A DNA stretch of 64,000 bases. Source: Bugula neritina. Lineage: Eukaryota; Animalia; Bryozoa. Under the pieces are notes generated by a model. The model was given only the letters and a program-made list of their open reading frames with translations. It was not told where the DNA came from and ran no database searches. Each line of letters opens with the position of its first letter. Positions within the stretch are counted from its first letter, which is position 1. The position numbers and the translations under genes are program-made. Of this stretch, positions 37,853 to 53,300 are shown one piece after another. The stretch is taken from the NCBI GenBank assembly GCA_964035545.1, contig OZ037766.1, positions 5,818,722 through 5,882,721 of the forward strand. The letters run 5' to 3'.

Positions 37853-39969
37853 ATGTTGCAGTTGGTGCAGTTATCGAATACTATATCTCAGCTGGCAGAT
37901 CTTACTAATGAGAAACTCTCTTATCTCACTATGACTAATTTGAGTCAGTCTGACGCATACTCTTGCTCACCATCCCGAAGGTCATCCTCCCGTAGAAACT
38001 CCAGCTCTCTGGGTACCATCCGAGAAGCTGCTAAAGTCTCCTGTTATTCAGAACCCGGATATTATCTACACGCGGCTATTGTAGCAGGAAATGTTACTTC
38101 TGTATCAATGTTACTAGACAATGGTAGCAACCCTAACAGCATAATTCAAGGGTTCACTCCACTCACACTCTGCCTTTCACTACAAAAGTCGGCAGATATA
38201 ACATTTTCCATTGTGAAACTTCTTCTTCAACATGGCGCTAATCCAAATCTCCTACTGCCTCTTCATATTAGCTGTAAAAAAGGACTGGTTTCTGTAGTAG
38301 GTAAGTTGATCTTATTATAAATATGTTTTAGTAAACTAGTGTTGATGCTTTTGTATAGCACTATTTTTAGCGAAAGGTTTCGTTTGTCAATTATTCAGAG
38401 TTCCATGTCCTTGAGTGCAAAAATATTTCATGTCACGCAGTCCTCTGTCATTATCATATCTGGTATAATATCATGCTTGTTAGGCATGCGTGTGATCACT
38501 CATGCGGACATACACTGGCTGTACATTTGTAGTCAATACGATAACTCAATCAGGCAAGTGTATCAGTTGTTGATAGATTGTGTAGTTTGGAAAAGAACTG
38601 CTAGCTAGTGCAGTGACAGTGTATTTATTCTGGCACCAGTATTGGTTTTCAACATTTTTGGCATCAGTTTTGACTCCTTGACAGTCGGCACTTATTAGAA
38701 GGTTTCAGTATAATTCATTTATTGGGTTTTAACATATGCAGGGTTTCTTCTGCTATCACCAAGCGCATTTAGTAAGTTGTTAGGTAGTTGAAAAAAAATA
38801 GAACAAAAATATAAAGTGCTGAGATACCTACAGCATAGGCCTGTATAGTTAGTACCAAAATGCTACAGTACAAGCAGTTTACTGGTCACCTAATATCAGC
38901 TGAGTCTTTGTTATTTCCAATACAGACTCAGCGCTACTCCTAAGCCATGAGTTAGGCTTGCTGTTAAGTAGGCATATGGATTTAGTATAATCATATAATG
39001 GCATGAAGAGCCTAATGTCATAATAATGATACTATGTTTGTTCTGTACATACATTATATGTCTATGTTATCTCTATTATATGCAATTTTAGCAATACACC
39101 CAAAGTATAATGTTGAAAAACAAGTGTCAAAAAAGATATGTTTTCACCTTACATAATACATCCATTAGGCACCTGTGTTCCCCTATCTTGTGAAATTTGT
39201 TTTCTATCATATTATACTTATCATTATGAAAAATAATATATTCAGTTACTGTTAAGCTTTTTAATGACATACAAATTGCTTTATGGCATGATAGTTTTCA
39301 AGATCAGAAAATGTTTTGCTCTCCCTGTCACAATTCTGCTTTTACAAATGTGCAACAGTTAATTAGGCATTGTATTTCTTGTATTTCATGTATATAATAT
39401 AATAATGATATAAGTGTTCTTTTGTAGAACTTTTGCTGCGTAATGGAGCATCCCCTGAATTACTAGAGCAAAGCACAGGCTGCACCGCACTCCAAATTGC
39501 TCTCATCCAGTTAATGAACTCTAGTTCTGAAACTCAGAAAAAGTTGTATGAAGAAACGTCTCTAGCTATTCTAAACTGTGCAGATGTAGATGTCACCAAC
39601 TGTGGTCTGTCTGGTTCCAGTCCGCTTCAGATGTCTATTCTAACACAAAAACCTCACATAACCTTAGCTATTATTTCTAAAGCATCGTCCAAACTCACCA
39701 GAAGTGAAATAAATGAAGCTGTAAAACTGTTAGACAATTGCGGACCACAGGCCCATCCTCATTACAAAGATGTCAGGATGGCACTGGACACCTTTAAGCA
39801 GGCCACTTCAAAAGAGCCAGGTGACAAAGGTGACGTGACAAATCATGAAATCAAAAATGCAGTCGAATCGGAAACAACTGCCAATAAAGCTGAGGGTTGT
39901 GACTCTTCTGTGGGTTACAATGCTGGCACTATGAGAGAGCAAGCTGAACATTTTCTCCACTTTTTGTGA
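37853..39969 (+). CDS. Ankyrin repeat-containing protein
   Basis: Exons 37853-38300 and 39428-39969 (phase 1). Ankyrin repeats LHAAIVAGNVTSVSMLLDNGSNPN, GFTPLTL...VKLLLQHGANPN, PLHISCKKGLVSVVELLLRNGASP, GCTALQIA, GSSPLQMS. Start uncertain (alternative ATG 37931). AATAAA near 40233. Confidence 0.85.
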
Positions 39970-42900
39970 AGACTACACCCAAAACATTTGGTTAAAATCT
40001 TATTTTTTCCCTTCATCTTAGAGTCAGAAAAATGGAAGTGTAAAAATTTAATCAGGATGTTTGGCGCATTCACTTCATTAGCACTAAAATTTATCCTCTT
40101 ACTGTTGGATTATAGCTGTAATGATGGCTAATGCTTCCCCTTGCTGACATATCAGCCTTATTGCATCACTGCTGTACATTTTATAAATATTTATTAGTTT
40201 TTTGACATTTTTATAGCTCTCATCTATTCTTCAATAAACTTACACTATTTCAAATTAGTGCTTGAAACTCACTGTCTTATACGTATCTATGTGATAAAAT
40301 TCCAGGTAATTTAGGTACATGAAAATAGAATGATAGCCTCTGTGCAATAAAAATGGTATTTGTTCTAAATGTCAACTCATGACAGGGTCAAAGTTCTACA
40401 GGTTTTAGAATAATCACGCCACTTGTATAGCAAGGATACAAACCTGCAGCCACAACGTAATATGCAACGATTTATGATAATATTTTGCATACAATCATTG
40501 TTTTTAAGTCAATCTACTGCAGAATTACTTGTATTGCTTTCACTTGAAAAACAACTGGTTACGTCAAGAATATTGTTTACCTTTAAATTTAGCTTATAGC
40601 TGTATTAATTTTCTCTTTATAGCTATTCTATTAGAATCAATAAACGTATACATATTATATGCAAATTATATTTATAACACATCAACAACATCTGTATAAT
40701 GCAATATATAGTCAATTAGTTACTATTATTGACAGGCCGGTACTGCCTTAGTACATTTATATAAACATTTGAAGCAGTCGTAGGGGCTTGTTGTTTTATC
40801 GCCATGTATCAACAGGTATTATACAAAGGTACCGTGTATGTTGATCAGCTCTTTTCTTCTTGTAGACAAAAGCGGTTGCTTATTACTTTCGGTTTGATGT
40901 CACCAAAAATCTTTAGTGCAATTAAAAATATGCTGATATAATTATATTCATTGAGGTGAAGAAGCACATCAACTGGGGCCTATAGTATTAGTAAAATACA
41001 GTTAGCTGCTATACCAATCAATTTGCATTCTTCTTTTTTCATTTTAGGTAAAAGTCTTATCTCCTGGAAAACTGAAGTGCAAAAAATGTTAGCAATGAAC
41101 ACTGGCTTGGTTTGATTATCTTTGTTTAGAATATAACTGTTTACACATTCCAGCCTTTTGATAATGTTACTGCATGCAGCAATGTTAAATACACCCATTA
41201 CTTTTAATGATAGCAAAGCACTTCAAATAATAAACATAAACTCTTTGTTGGCTTCACAACCGACCTGTAACTACCTTGTAGTTGTTTATTTCAGCCTACT
41301 GATTCAGCCATGATATGTACCTTGGCTTCATTACCAAACCTGTGAAATGTGAAGAGCTACGGAAACTTCTAGAAAGTAGTCTCCAGTTCTTTGTCCATGC
41401 ATAGCAATAAAGCTGAATAACCTGATAATGCTTTTCTTTTGTGCATTCAGCAAAAATAGCCAGCTCAGCATGTCAAAAGTAGACAAGAGGCGATATCCCT
41501 GTCTAATAATAAAGTTGTGCAAATTGTTGTTTTCACTCTAGTCATGTTGCATAATATTTATGAATATACTTTTTATTGCCAGAATAAAACCCTGTAAAAC
41601 AACTTCTCATTATTCATTCACTTTATTTACATATGTTTTGGTTTATAAGCACAAAGGATACACTGTTTACTAGCCGCATGCATGATACTCCTGTGTAATT
41701 TTATTTCTTATAGACTCAGGCAAAAAAGTAGAGGTTAGCATAATAAATCTGTTTTAAACTTTTGACAAAGACATAACATTTTTATTTGAGTTATTATAAT
41801 GTAAGTACTATCTCATGCCATAAAAGCTATTAAAAGCATGGATTAGGATATTTGGTTTGGGGGGAATTTGTTCAAATTTATAATCAAACAACTTCTAATG
41901 CTCAATCATATTTTGAAAACATCTTTTTAATTACAAATTTGTACAAGAACAGCAAGTGCTAATGTTTCTATTTTAAATAACCTAACAGGAAATTAGGAGA
42001 GTATATATAACTAATTATAGGAGGTTATTTGGTTTGTGTCATTTTGATAACATTTTTATATTGATGAAATCAGAAAGGTCTGGCAAAATTGTCAATTCAT
42101 TTCAACTGGTGTTGTTGAGTTATTGTAATTTTGATGTACTTCATTTTGTCATTCTTTCTTAATTTCTAGTATCAGTGATTACATCAGTGTGGTAATATAT
42201 GATTGGTTTTACAGAATGCCAGTCAAAGTATAGAAGTTCAACGCATCATCGCAATGTTGATAGCTGTATTAAAATAAACACAAAAGTAAACAAGACCTGA
42301 TAGCCAGTTTCACAATACATGACTTGATGATTAATCCCATTCATAGTATGTTACAATCTAACTGAGCAATTTATTTATTGAGCTTCTTTTTGCATTGTAA
42401 TGATTGCATTTTTTGGCAACACAGCGTATACCGGTCTAGCTATATGACGACAACACCATAAATAAAGTGTCTAAACTCTAAACCATTGAAGATGTGATGG
42501 AAGCTTTTATGCACACACCCACATTCACTTGTCAGGACCCTAGAGGAGATTCTACTACTACTATTTTGCATAATAATGGAGTCTGGAAAGTCAAGTGCTT
42601 TCAATCCGAATAAAGTGTGGCATATTTCTGACACTCTGCATCTTATTAATCTACACCAATTTCATCAATTGCACCAAATACAACACCCTGAGCTATTCCA
42701 GTATCTAAACAACACAGTTTAATCAATGTCTCTCACAACAATGAATAATGTATTGTTGTAAGACTATGCCACGGTGTGCTAATTAAATCAAATAGATAAC
42801 ATGTTATTGCAACAACCTTGTATATTGGAATGAAAGCCTTACAAAATGTTAGCTCCACGTTGGAGAGTTTGGGTACAATTATGCTAGAAAAATCATTTTG

Positions 42901-43169
42901 AAAACTATGACATCATTGGTTTAAATTTGTTTCTATTTCTGATGCTTTGAGCATTCGTTGACTTGATGTGAATAATATAATTAATGAGTTTGGAATATAT
43001 CCATATTAATAAGCGAGTACTTTACATCAACTAAAGTGCTATAAACATTTGATGAGCTGATGTTATTACCAGTTACTCAATGTTTATTATTAGAGTTACT
43101 TATGTTATCATGTTATCTAAAGACTATATCCTAGCACAGTGGTGTGCTGGGGAACTGTATCAGTCCTAA

Positions 43170-46100
43170 TCATCTGTATACAGTGTCTATTTTAACTCCT
43201 TGTTTCCCCTCTAGATGTTCTGATAACAGATTCTTGTCTATGATGAAACTCTGTCTAATTGGTTGAATGGTATTGTAGAAGAACGGAGTGTAGAAGTGAT
43301 TTCGTTTTGGTTTGTGCTTCACTTGTATTGCTTGATGAGGAACTTGCACATAATATGGTAGTCTTTGTTCTATTGGTCTGAAAAGAATAGCAGGATAGTT
43401 GTAGAAAAAGAATTATGAATGGAATAGACACCAAATTAATTTTTCTCAGGTTAGAAAGGTACTATAGATGAAATAGCATCACTACCAACTGATGCTGATC
43501 TATTTGTATAACAAAGGCATGTATTGTAGATAATATTTTTAGAAATTCGTACCAATAAAGTGAAACATGCACCGAGCAACATACAAACTAATGACTTTTT
43601 TGCAACAGATATTTGCCAAAATGGCATAAACAATACATGTGATACATATGGACTTCCTACAGTTGCAGAAAGTAATTCTAGAAATCTTTTTTGTTGAATT
43701 AGCAAGATGTGGAAGTGGGTTGGGCCGCTTCCTGTCTGTCACTTTTTCTTATTATCCAGAATTAAGTTTAGCCCTTTTAACTAGCGCAGAATTATCAAGA
43801 TTGGCCGGTAAATCTATAGTACATCAATAAAGCTTAGACTTCAGATTATAGATAAAGCCTGTTCATCAGACAGCTTTATATTCTATGAGATGTCTAGGTT
43901 ATAAAAACACAAATATTATGTTAGTTGTCTAGAGCTTGATTAATGGAACTTTAATTGCAAGGCTGTTTGATTTAAAAAACTAGGATTGATTAATGGTTAA
44001 AGTATTACTAAGGGAAGTTGTCTTTTCGATGCAGTTGCTAATTTTCACAAATACTTAAAACCAACTTTTAACCTAGTAGAATTAAGTTACTAGTTAATAT
44101 TGCTTCACGAAGCCAAAAAGTCTGTTTTTTATATTTGCAAAATTTGTGAAGATTAGACTAAAATTTGGCTGGTTGTCAATTATCTAACTTGAAGAATCGT
44201 TTGCTAATTTTTTTGACTGTGAAGTTAAAATAAATGTACTTGTTTTTATGACAGAGGAGACTAGGCAAAATGAGTTATAACTTGCAAATATTAAAAGCCT
44301 GTTAGTCGCAAGAAATCAAATTAAGAAATGCTAGCAGCTATGACCAATCATAACCCTCAACACACTATATCATAAATTAAAAACAGCCAATCATAATTCT
44401 CAACACATTCATTTGTGTTCCTAAATCAGCTGACTGTAAAGCTCATCACATAGGACATTATTGGGTTAATGAACTCAATGTAGAGCTCAAAATCGATTTA
44501 AGATTCTTCTTCCATGAAAAGCTGCAACCTTATTAATTACAAGCTTTGCTGTTTTGTAATGCTACAACAAAACCTTAAACTAGAATTCCCTTTTTAGTCA
44601 AACTTTAGTGAGTTTTTATTGTGTTATTATATTCAATAACTAATTATCCTGTGATAGTTCTTAGCTGGTGTAAAATATGAACTTACTTGAGACTAAATGG
44701 ATCACCGGGAATTTCTGCTTTCCAGCCATAACTATCCATAACGTGGCTGTACTTGGCCATTTTAGCATCTGAATCTATAGCAGCTCTAACCTCCAGTTGC
44801 ATTTCTGCCAATACTTTAGTTGTCCGCTCACACTCCTGTAAGTTTTGTTTGTCCAACTCTGTTACCTTTTCATCTGTTTCACTTGAAATGCTGCAGCTGT
44901 CTAAAGAAAATCATTTCAATCTGAGTTATCATTTCTTTTAAATTATGAATTCAATTATCAACATTTGTATATTATACTATAAGTACTATCAAATACATAT
45001 CCTATCACTGCAAAAACTAAAATTTATATAATAGTTATTTATTTGGAGGTGACTTTTTTAAAAATTTTGTTTTATAAGTCTATACTTATTTATGATATTG
45101 AATTATTCAAATCACAACAACTTGCTGCCTATACATTCAATATGTATACATACATAACTCCCACGATGTATTTTGATGCAATAGATTGAGAGGCTCGTGC
45201 ATGACTAATATTGCGGTAGAAAGCTCTTCTCAGCATCACCAATGACTATAATTGTCGGATTAAGAACCACCACCTAGCATACTAAGCCAGCTTTTGGACC
45301 ACTAGATCATTTTAATTGCTACCAAAATAGTAGCTTATGATAAAATTAATACCTAGATTTAATAGCTGATTACTTATACTATGTTGTTACTTTTTATTCA
45401 TCGTGCTTATATCAGTATAACTGTTTATATTTGTATTTGGGTTATGCACCCAAGGAGGTTGAGTCACAAGTTTGTATTTGAATTTTTTTGACATTCACAG
45501 AATATTTGAACAGAGCTCTTTTAGAAGGAATATGATTTATTTCTTTAGTTCTAGATTTTGTCAGGCAGAAAAACTGGCCTGTGCACTCAATTTTGGTTAA
45601 CTGCTCAGGCTACACACTAAAAGTTGGAAAATAATTTCTCACTTTCACAGATTTGTCTCCACATGCCTGTAATTAGCCTGCAACCTGTCTAATATCTAGT
45701 TCCATTTATAACATAACCATCAAAAATATACTGAGTTTGTAGAATTTTCCACTCATTATTTTTTGTGCATAAAGAGCAAGAGATGTAATTTGTTTTTTAT
45801 ACCTGAAGTTTCCAAATCTTCGCTGTTTTTATGTTCTAAATCCGTGGAATTGGCTGACTCAGATGTTTTGCTAAAATCCTTCTTAAAACCGTCTTCAGAT
45901 TTGTTTCCATCAAATGATTCAATGTAGTCATTTGAGTTCAAACTATGAGAACGAAAAAAAACGTCTGACTTTTTATGTCTAGAAATGATATTTGTAGAAA
46001 TATTATTTTACATCTAGAACATAAATATATTAAGCTGCAGAGGCTTATATTTCGAACCTGTATACTGTATGCTAGATATATAACACGTTATCCATAAACT

Positions 46101-46546
46101 TTAGATACAGCAGAAAATGAAAACAATTTTTAGAAAAGTGATAATTCTAAGGACTTCACTGACTTATGTTTGAGTTGTTGAGATTTTGGTCTACGGCATA
46201 CTCTAAAATTCAGAGGCGGGTTTGTATGGCTACCAGGTCTTCTGATTTCTCCACAAGGAACGTTGGCATCTGATGTAATTAAAAGGCAGTTTGATCTACA
46301 CACAGTTTTTGCATTGTCCGGAGTGCTTGGGAAGCTGCGAGCCTCTTTTTCACGTGCTGTCTTTGCCTCTCGTAACCTGTATCTACCTGACTGATGGAGG
46401 TAAAACTCGCTAGAAATATGGTCTTCTTGCAATTTTCTAGATGATCCTTTATCTGATGCTCTACACACTGGTATACCAACTTTAGATATGTATAAATGAT
46501 CAGTTAATACGGGTTTTAAATTTTTTCTCTGTTGTGTTGAAGCCAT
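43170..46546 (-). CDS. Uncharacterised protein, ~326 aa, 4 exons
   Basis: Exons 46546-46164, 45978-45803, 44900-44687, 43377-43170 join in frame with GT-AG sites. Structured-looking C-terminus YGWKAEIPGDPFSLKPIEQRLPYYV...FFYNTIQPIRQSFIIDKNLLSE. Confidence 0.7.
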
Positions 46547-46642
46547 CTTTTGCTTGACTTGGTCATACCAGTGACATCATCAAAATTGTTTACATTTTTC
46601 ATGTTTAGATTTTTTCGTTCAAGCTCCTGATAAAAATCTATC

Positions 46643-48966
46643 ATGGCTGCTATCATAGAATTCCCTTATAAGGTTTTAAAAAAAATGTTTGTGTATGAAG
46701 ATTCGTCAGACAAACGCCACAACAGCTCTTTCTGTCAAGGTATGTCAGCAAATGACAATCTAGATATAATGAATTTATATTTTGTCAAGTTGGAATTCAA
46801 TTAGCTGTTTTTTAGATTTACTAAATTCAGTATGATTCTATAAATTTAGTAAGCGCACTGTAATATTTTGAGTTGATAAATAGATGTATTACATAACCAT
46901 ATAAATAATTACTTTGGTGGTGTGCAGGGTTGGGGCCAATTACATGTGAACGTAATTAATTACAATTACAATTACATGAAGATTTGTCAATTACAAATAC
47001 AATTATAATTACATTTAAAATGTAATTAATTAAAATTACATGCTAATGTAAGTAGTTACAAATACAATTACTTTTATTCTCATTAAGGATACATAGAAGT
47101 TATACAATCTCACTTCTAGGGTCCAACTGCTAGGGGCAACTTTGACATTGGTGAATCTCCTTTGTTCTCAACAATGATACTATACTACGTTGAATTAATC
47201 TGAACTTGTTATTTAGTAGGTATGGTAGGAAAAGCATGAAATTTTTAAGATTTCAAAGTTTGACGTAATTGACATGTAATTATAAAGTAACTGTAAAAAT
47301 TAATTACATTAGATATGTAATTAACTACAGTTACAATTACAATAACATTTTAATACATCAATTATAAATTACATTCAATTACTTGAAAAAATTTAATTAA
47401 TTACAAATTACAATTACCCAAACCCTGGTAGTGCGGGACAGTTTTTATATTTATAGAATATCATAATCTGCCAAGTTTCTTTGGTTTGTGAGGCAAAAAT
47501 GCTTTCACACTTTTTAATAAATCAGCTTATAAAAGCACTCATTTAAATTATGATGGTGTCCCTTTATTTTCTAGCTTTGACTTGCAATGAAGTAAAGGAA
47601 CAGGATAATCTATGTCCACCTGTACAGCCTCAATACAACACTTCTTGCCAGCCCACTACTATTGTTACCAGGTAGAACTCTCATTGTCTAAACTAAGAAT
47701 AAAAAAATTTTTCAAGATGTATTTTATTGATGCCAAACAGTTTCAATAAACAAGTCGAAGCTCATGCCCTTTGCTTACCGATTCCAGTTTTTGTTTACTG
47801 TGTCATTTTCTCTTCTCAGTCTGATTCTATCTAGTACTCATTATTTTAATTGATTTAGTATATTTTTATATAGACAAATCTTTCAAGACGTTGCATAAAT
47901 ATGCTTACTATTCTTTAGAGATGGAGTTAGAATTCCTCCTGCCAGCAGTGAAGATTTCGAAATGATAACAGATCAGATAGCCAATACCAGTACACAGACA
48001 ACACCTAAGACTAAGAGACTCATCAACTACTCCCCTTCTTACCAGAATAATAACAACTCATGTGTGAATAAAATGGTTCAGGTACCCAGTGAACGGTGTC
48101 TGCTCTCACCCCTTGGCACTGTGTCTGACTCTTTTCTCCCCAATAAGGTTTGTATGTAATTCGCGGCATGACTGTTTAATTTTTTATGCCTACATCACAT
48201 CTATTTGTGTCATATTATGTGCGTGCGCGCTTGCGTGTGTGTGTGTGTGTGCGTGTGTGCGTGCGAAGTGTGCGTGTGTGCGTGTGTGTGCGTGCGTGCG
48301 TAGTATTCATAATATTTTGTATAATATATATGCATTGTATATGTTGTGTATGTAGATAATTAGAATAAGAAAAAAGATTCGATACCAACAACATCGGTAC
48401 ATGGAAAAACAGCGTGAAAAGTCAGAGAAAGAACGGCAGAGAAGACAACTGCTCCATCACTGTACAACTTCAAACTCCTACCAGTCCATCAGCGATGCAC
48501 CCACACAGTTCAGTCATCTTTATTCGAGTAACAAGCGCTCAGGTAGAAAGGAACTTGGGCACTTACTCAGGTGTGTGATTATTAAATTACATTATAAAAT
48601 CATACTCTAGACATAGCGAATATTGAAGTATATCAAATTTCTATATTGCAAAACTTAGTTTTGAATTTTAAAAGTTTAATTTTATTAATTGTAATGTAGC
48701 TAATAACTGATAAAACATAAACTTTTATATTAAAACAAATTATCATTAGATATAAATAAAAAAATATGAGCATTAAACTAGAGTTATTGAAAATTATAAT
48801 AGTATCTCAATCTGTACAATTGTAAATAAATTTTAACATTCTGTTTTATAAGTGTGTATTTTGGGGTGGGTTGGTTTTAACCTATACAATAAATATTACA
48901 TTGACATAACTAAAATGCAGTTTTAGAAACAGATTTGAACAATTTGCAGGTCTGGTCGACAGTTGA
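46643..48966 (+). CDS. Uncharacterised protein, ~225 aa, 5 exons
   Basis: Exons 46643-46739, 47575-47671, 47919-48147, 48356-48570, 48927-48966, all phase-consistent (MAAIIEFPYK...ELGHLLRNRFEQFAGLVDS*). Includes a basic coiled segment RKKIRYQQHRYMEKQREKSEKERQRR. Confidence 0.7.
46925..47427. mobile_element. Non-autonomous hAT-like MITE with subterminal AATTAC repeats
   Basis: TIRs CAGGGTTGGG...CCCAAACCCTG; 8-bp flanks gtggtgtg / gtagtgcg (6/8 match, degraded TSD); many AATTAC/GTAATT motifs near both ends. Confidence 0.85.
48218..48301. repeat. (GT)n/(GCGT)n microsatellite
   Basis: Directly visible; intronic. Confidence 0.95.
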
Positions 48967-50307
48967 AACACGAGCGACCTAGGAAAGTGTGTAACTGCTG
49001 TTGCTGCACACGACACTTTTGCCACCATAAGACAGAATATACTAAAGGAAGTCGGAATCCGAGTTGCGAGAGTTTTCTCCCCTGAAATATTCTCATCAGT
49101 GTATAGCTTGCAGACACATGATTTTGTATTATATATTATATTACTTTAAAAATGTTATTTGAAAACATTTTCGCATTGTTGAAATTTAGTGCAAATAAAG
49201 ATGAGTGTCAATGTTAAGCTCCTATGAAAGTGATAATTATAATAGCATGAGAAATGTTAGCTTTCGGCAATCATGCAGCACATTGTAGCCACAACTCCAA
49301 TATAAAATTTTTAAAACAATATTATTCTCATAATATTTTTATATAATAGTTTGGCTTTAAGTAAAAGTACTAAAAATATTTAAATTTATAAATTTCCAAA
49401 AAGCTGATTTTTCAAGTTTTTTAGTACATTTAAAATGGCTATAATAAAACTTAATCAGAATACTTAACTGTGGCCTTGGTCCTATACATAAACTCTATTA
49501 TGTATAGGACTAAAAAACTGTTCTAACATTTTCACTGCCACTTGCTAGAATACTGATAATGCATTATTGGACATCAAAGTATTTACTTGTAAAGCTGACA
49601 AAAAGCAGGCAAATTTTGATTGAAAAAGTTGTAAATAGTTGTGTTTTATTAAAATTAGTATTTTAGCTAAAATCTTCATCTTGTTATCTTGTAACTGTGT
49701 AAAACAAGTTTCACGACTACCCAAAGCATTCCCCACTGGACTTTGGTTGTAAATTTAACCATATTTTATGTCCCTTTGCAGAGAGTCCCTGTTGAAATTC
49801 TACTTCAAAGTTTGGTAATTTATAATCTTACAGTTTTTAAGCACAGCATTTCAGTATCTAATAATACAGAGGTTAGCAAAACATATCTAGTTTATTTAAT
49901 TTTCAATAAGACCGGCATTTAGCAATTAATAGGCTCACGCAACATATTCTATTTAATGTTGTTTTATGCATCAATAACATAATGTAACGCTGCAGTTCCT
50001 CTGGCAGTTTATTAGTAGTATATAAAGGTTGGACCAGTATCCCACCCTTTATATTATCTTGTCAATAGATTGTTTGTCTACTAGCTTAATTCAAGAAAAA
50101 TCTATTCACTCGACTACAAAGCCCTTGCATTGTATTGGCTAGCTATTTAAAGAGAAATCCTATTATGCTATTATTATCCATCTAGCATTGGGTGTTGGCT
50201 CGCTTCAGTCACTAAGAAAAACTAGCATTGGCAGTCAAAAGCTTCTAGTACGAAGTTTTTCATGCAATAATTTATATTTGCTGCTTAAAGTCAGTTGACT
50301 TTAAATC

Positions 50308-53300
50308 ATGAAGACGGTTTTAACTATTCCACTGTTAATTCTGGGGCTTGCTATTTCTGTCCAGTCCCAGACTTGTGCTGACAGTCATGAAACATTTGCT
50401 GCCGAGTTTGATAGCAACAGCTCGAGGCTATGGCTTTATAACAACATCGCAAAAGGAGCTGAGTGTGTGGCCATCTCTCGAACTCTCACTCTGGGTAAGA
50501 AACATATGCAATCAGATTTATGTTAGTTTATGCACTTCTCACTTTCTTATTTTTAAATTTGCAGCTTTGCACATGTTGTATATGTCAATCCTAGTAAGTG
50601 TCTCACTTAATTGGGAGGAGAGCAAATCACCTAACTTCAACCTCTAAATTAGAAACTCAAACAAAAAAATGTACCAACAGTTCAACCGGCTAATCAAGTT
50701 CTTGTTTTGTTCTTACTGGCTAGTAAAACCAGCTTTTATTTTACCAGTTCTCAAAAGTTAGTTTTATAATCTCCAGGTTTTTACTTGAAAGTATTGCTAT
50801 GATGTATTTTGTTGTTTCAAGTGAAATATTTTCCTGCTATAAGTTTTGATGATCCACTACTACAGTTTAGCTTCAATCCAGGAGTTAACTGCCTTGTTCG
50901 AATGCTTAGCAACTTTACCTACAAATCTGTAGCATAAATACCCTCTTCCTGATTGTGATCAGTTGCTTTGTGTATAGCTCTAAAATATGGGCTTTTAATC
51001 ACAGACATTCCAACTATCATACATTATATCTTATTTGTCCATTTTTAAAGTTTGATTGTTATCATTCCCCAGAGAAAAGTTGTGTTTTTTCAAGTAATTA
51101 CTTGTTGTTGCTCTTTGAAAGAAGAACTTAGCGTAACCAGTTTGAGTACATGCACTTGAAAACTCGTGTGCAGTTGTAGCCATATTGGATTTCAAGGCTT
51201 GGTCACAGCTAGTATTGCTGACTCATTCCAACTGTCAATATTCATTCGCCTTGGTGTTATGCAACTTTTACAAATACATAATAGCTTAGTCCTAATTAAA
51301 TATCACACTATATTAGGAATGTTATTGTTATTGTTGAAAGCAATTGTCTCCCCCTCCTAATAGACCACACCCTTCTTACTGCTAGCACTTTCCCTTTGAA
51401 TAGCAGTTATACTCATGTGTTTTTGAATCACTACTCTGAGATAGGGTCGGTGAATCAATTAATAGTGTATTAAAGTTGACCACTCCCTTGTTCGTGCCCT
51501 GGCAATTCATACTTCTGCAACACTAACTTTCCTAAAACTGAATTCACACCTCTATGTGTAGATGTATCAGATAAATTTGCTATAATCAGCTAATGCCGAG
51601 GTGTTCAACCTTTTCAGACCAAGGGTCACTGAAAGGAAATAATCGGTTGGCGAGGGCCACATTGTAAACTTTAGCTTGAGCTGGGGGCCACAGCATCAAT
51701 AATTTTCAAATTACTTTGTTCCAAATTCCTATGAATCATTACACAATGAAGTGCAAATAATTACTGGAGGTTGCATGTTTTGTAGCATGTATATAGATAA
51801 GATATTTAAACGTTAATTTTTCCCTCTAGCTCATGTATACTGTGAAAAATATTTATTTTTTTTTATGCCTTTGAGGGCCACATATATGTAGGCTGCCCAC
51901 CCCCATCCAGCCCTGTGGCAGCCTGTTAGACAGCCCTGGTCTAATGTATTTCATATTATTTCAGTATCCACAAGAAGTTGTGATACTCTGGCTGTACATT
52001 TTACTATATGAAATAATTATAGGAATATAACTTATTTTAACATGCACTGCTAGCTCTACCCATACGTACTGCATTCCATAATTGCATACCTTTTATATAT
52101 AATTTCTATCTGCCACCAGAGATGGTTCTTAATCTTTTTAAAAACCGTGTGGGCTAAGAAATAAGAGATTAAATCAGTAAAATATTGAGCTCTATTATAA
52201 CAAACATGTGATACAGTCAAATATTACAAAGAAGTTGGTCCCACCCAATAATCACACTATTATTTATATATACTATTCAAGTTTCCTTGAAAAATACAAC
52301 TTGACTGTATTATGCTTTGAAACTTTGCTAGCTATTAGTGCTGCCATAACTTGAGGGATTGTGCTGCATAGAAGTAGTAAATTGACACAATTTTCTGCTG
52401 GTGACAGCTGCTAGGTTTAGTAAGTCTACAGGTTGTGTTGAACCACTGCCTAGCTTGGTATTGATTTATAGAATAGAATTTCATTAAAGTGTCCTTTGCA
52501 CAGTCATTTGTTTGCATAAATGCAATGCTCAGCTCTGTAGCATATTCTAAAATAATGATTTTTAGTTTGTTGAACTTTATGAAGAGGTAGATTTATTTAT
52601 ACACCTGCAAGCAAGTAGAGAACCAACTAGAGAACTATGATAGAGTCAGATATACTGCTGTTTGTAACTGCTTAGGAGTTTTATTCTTTGGTATCCACTC
52701 TATCAATGTTTTGTATAGGCATTTATAAAACACTTTTGTCTATTCATTCAGTTTTTCTAAAGCTCTTAAAGACCAAATCTGTCCTCTATAATACCGAAGC
52801 AACACTTTTGCAAATGAGTTTATATTTGGTTTTCAAAGTTTTCCTTTGTCTTGCAGAGTTGATTAATAAGAGTAGATTAGTAAGCAGTTAAAAATTGAGC
52901 AACAAAATGCTTATTCTTCTATGATTTTTCAACTATTTTGCTACTAAAACTTTAAATTTGACTTCAAAATAAAGACCTCCGCTTAGAAATATGCATTTCA
53001 AACTAATTGCCAAGTTCAAATTTTCCCCTGTGATACACAGAAATTAGCTTTGAAGCTAAATATTTTTATATTGAACATAGCAAATATGTAGATTATATTT
53101 AAGCTAAAATAATAAACTGATTATAAAACAGCTAAAAGATAATTTTGTTATGTCATTATGTTATGCAACAACAAGAGAATTTTCCCTGTCTATGTTTTCA
53201 TTTCCCTGTCTATGTTTTCATTTCCCTGTCTATGATCTTATTTTTATATATAGAAGAGGAGTGGAATGAGTACACATTAAACACTCCTTCTGAGAAATGG

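Noticed and set aside
42440-42652. Alternative last exon for the minus-strand uncharacterised gene
   Set aside because: Phase-compatible, but the acceptor is weak and the sequence uninformative; 43377-43170 has a much better acceptor.
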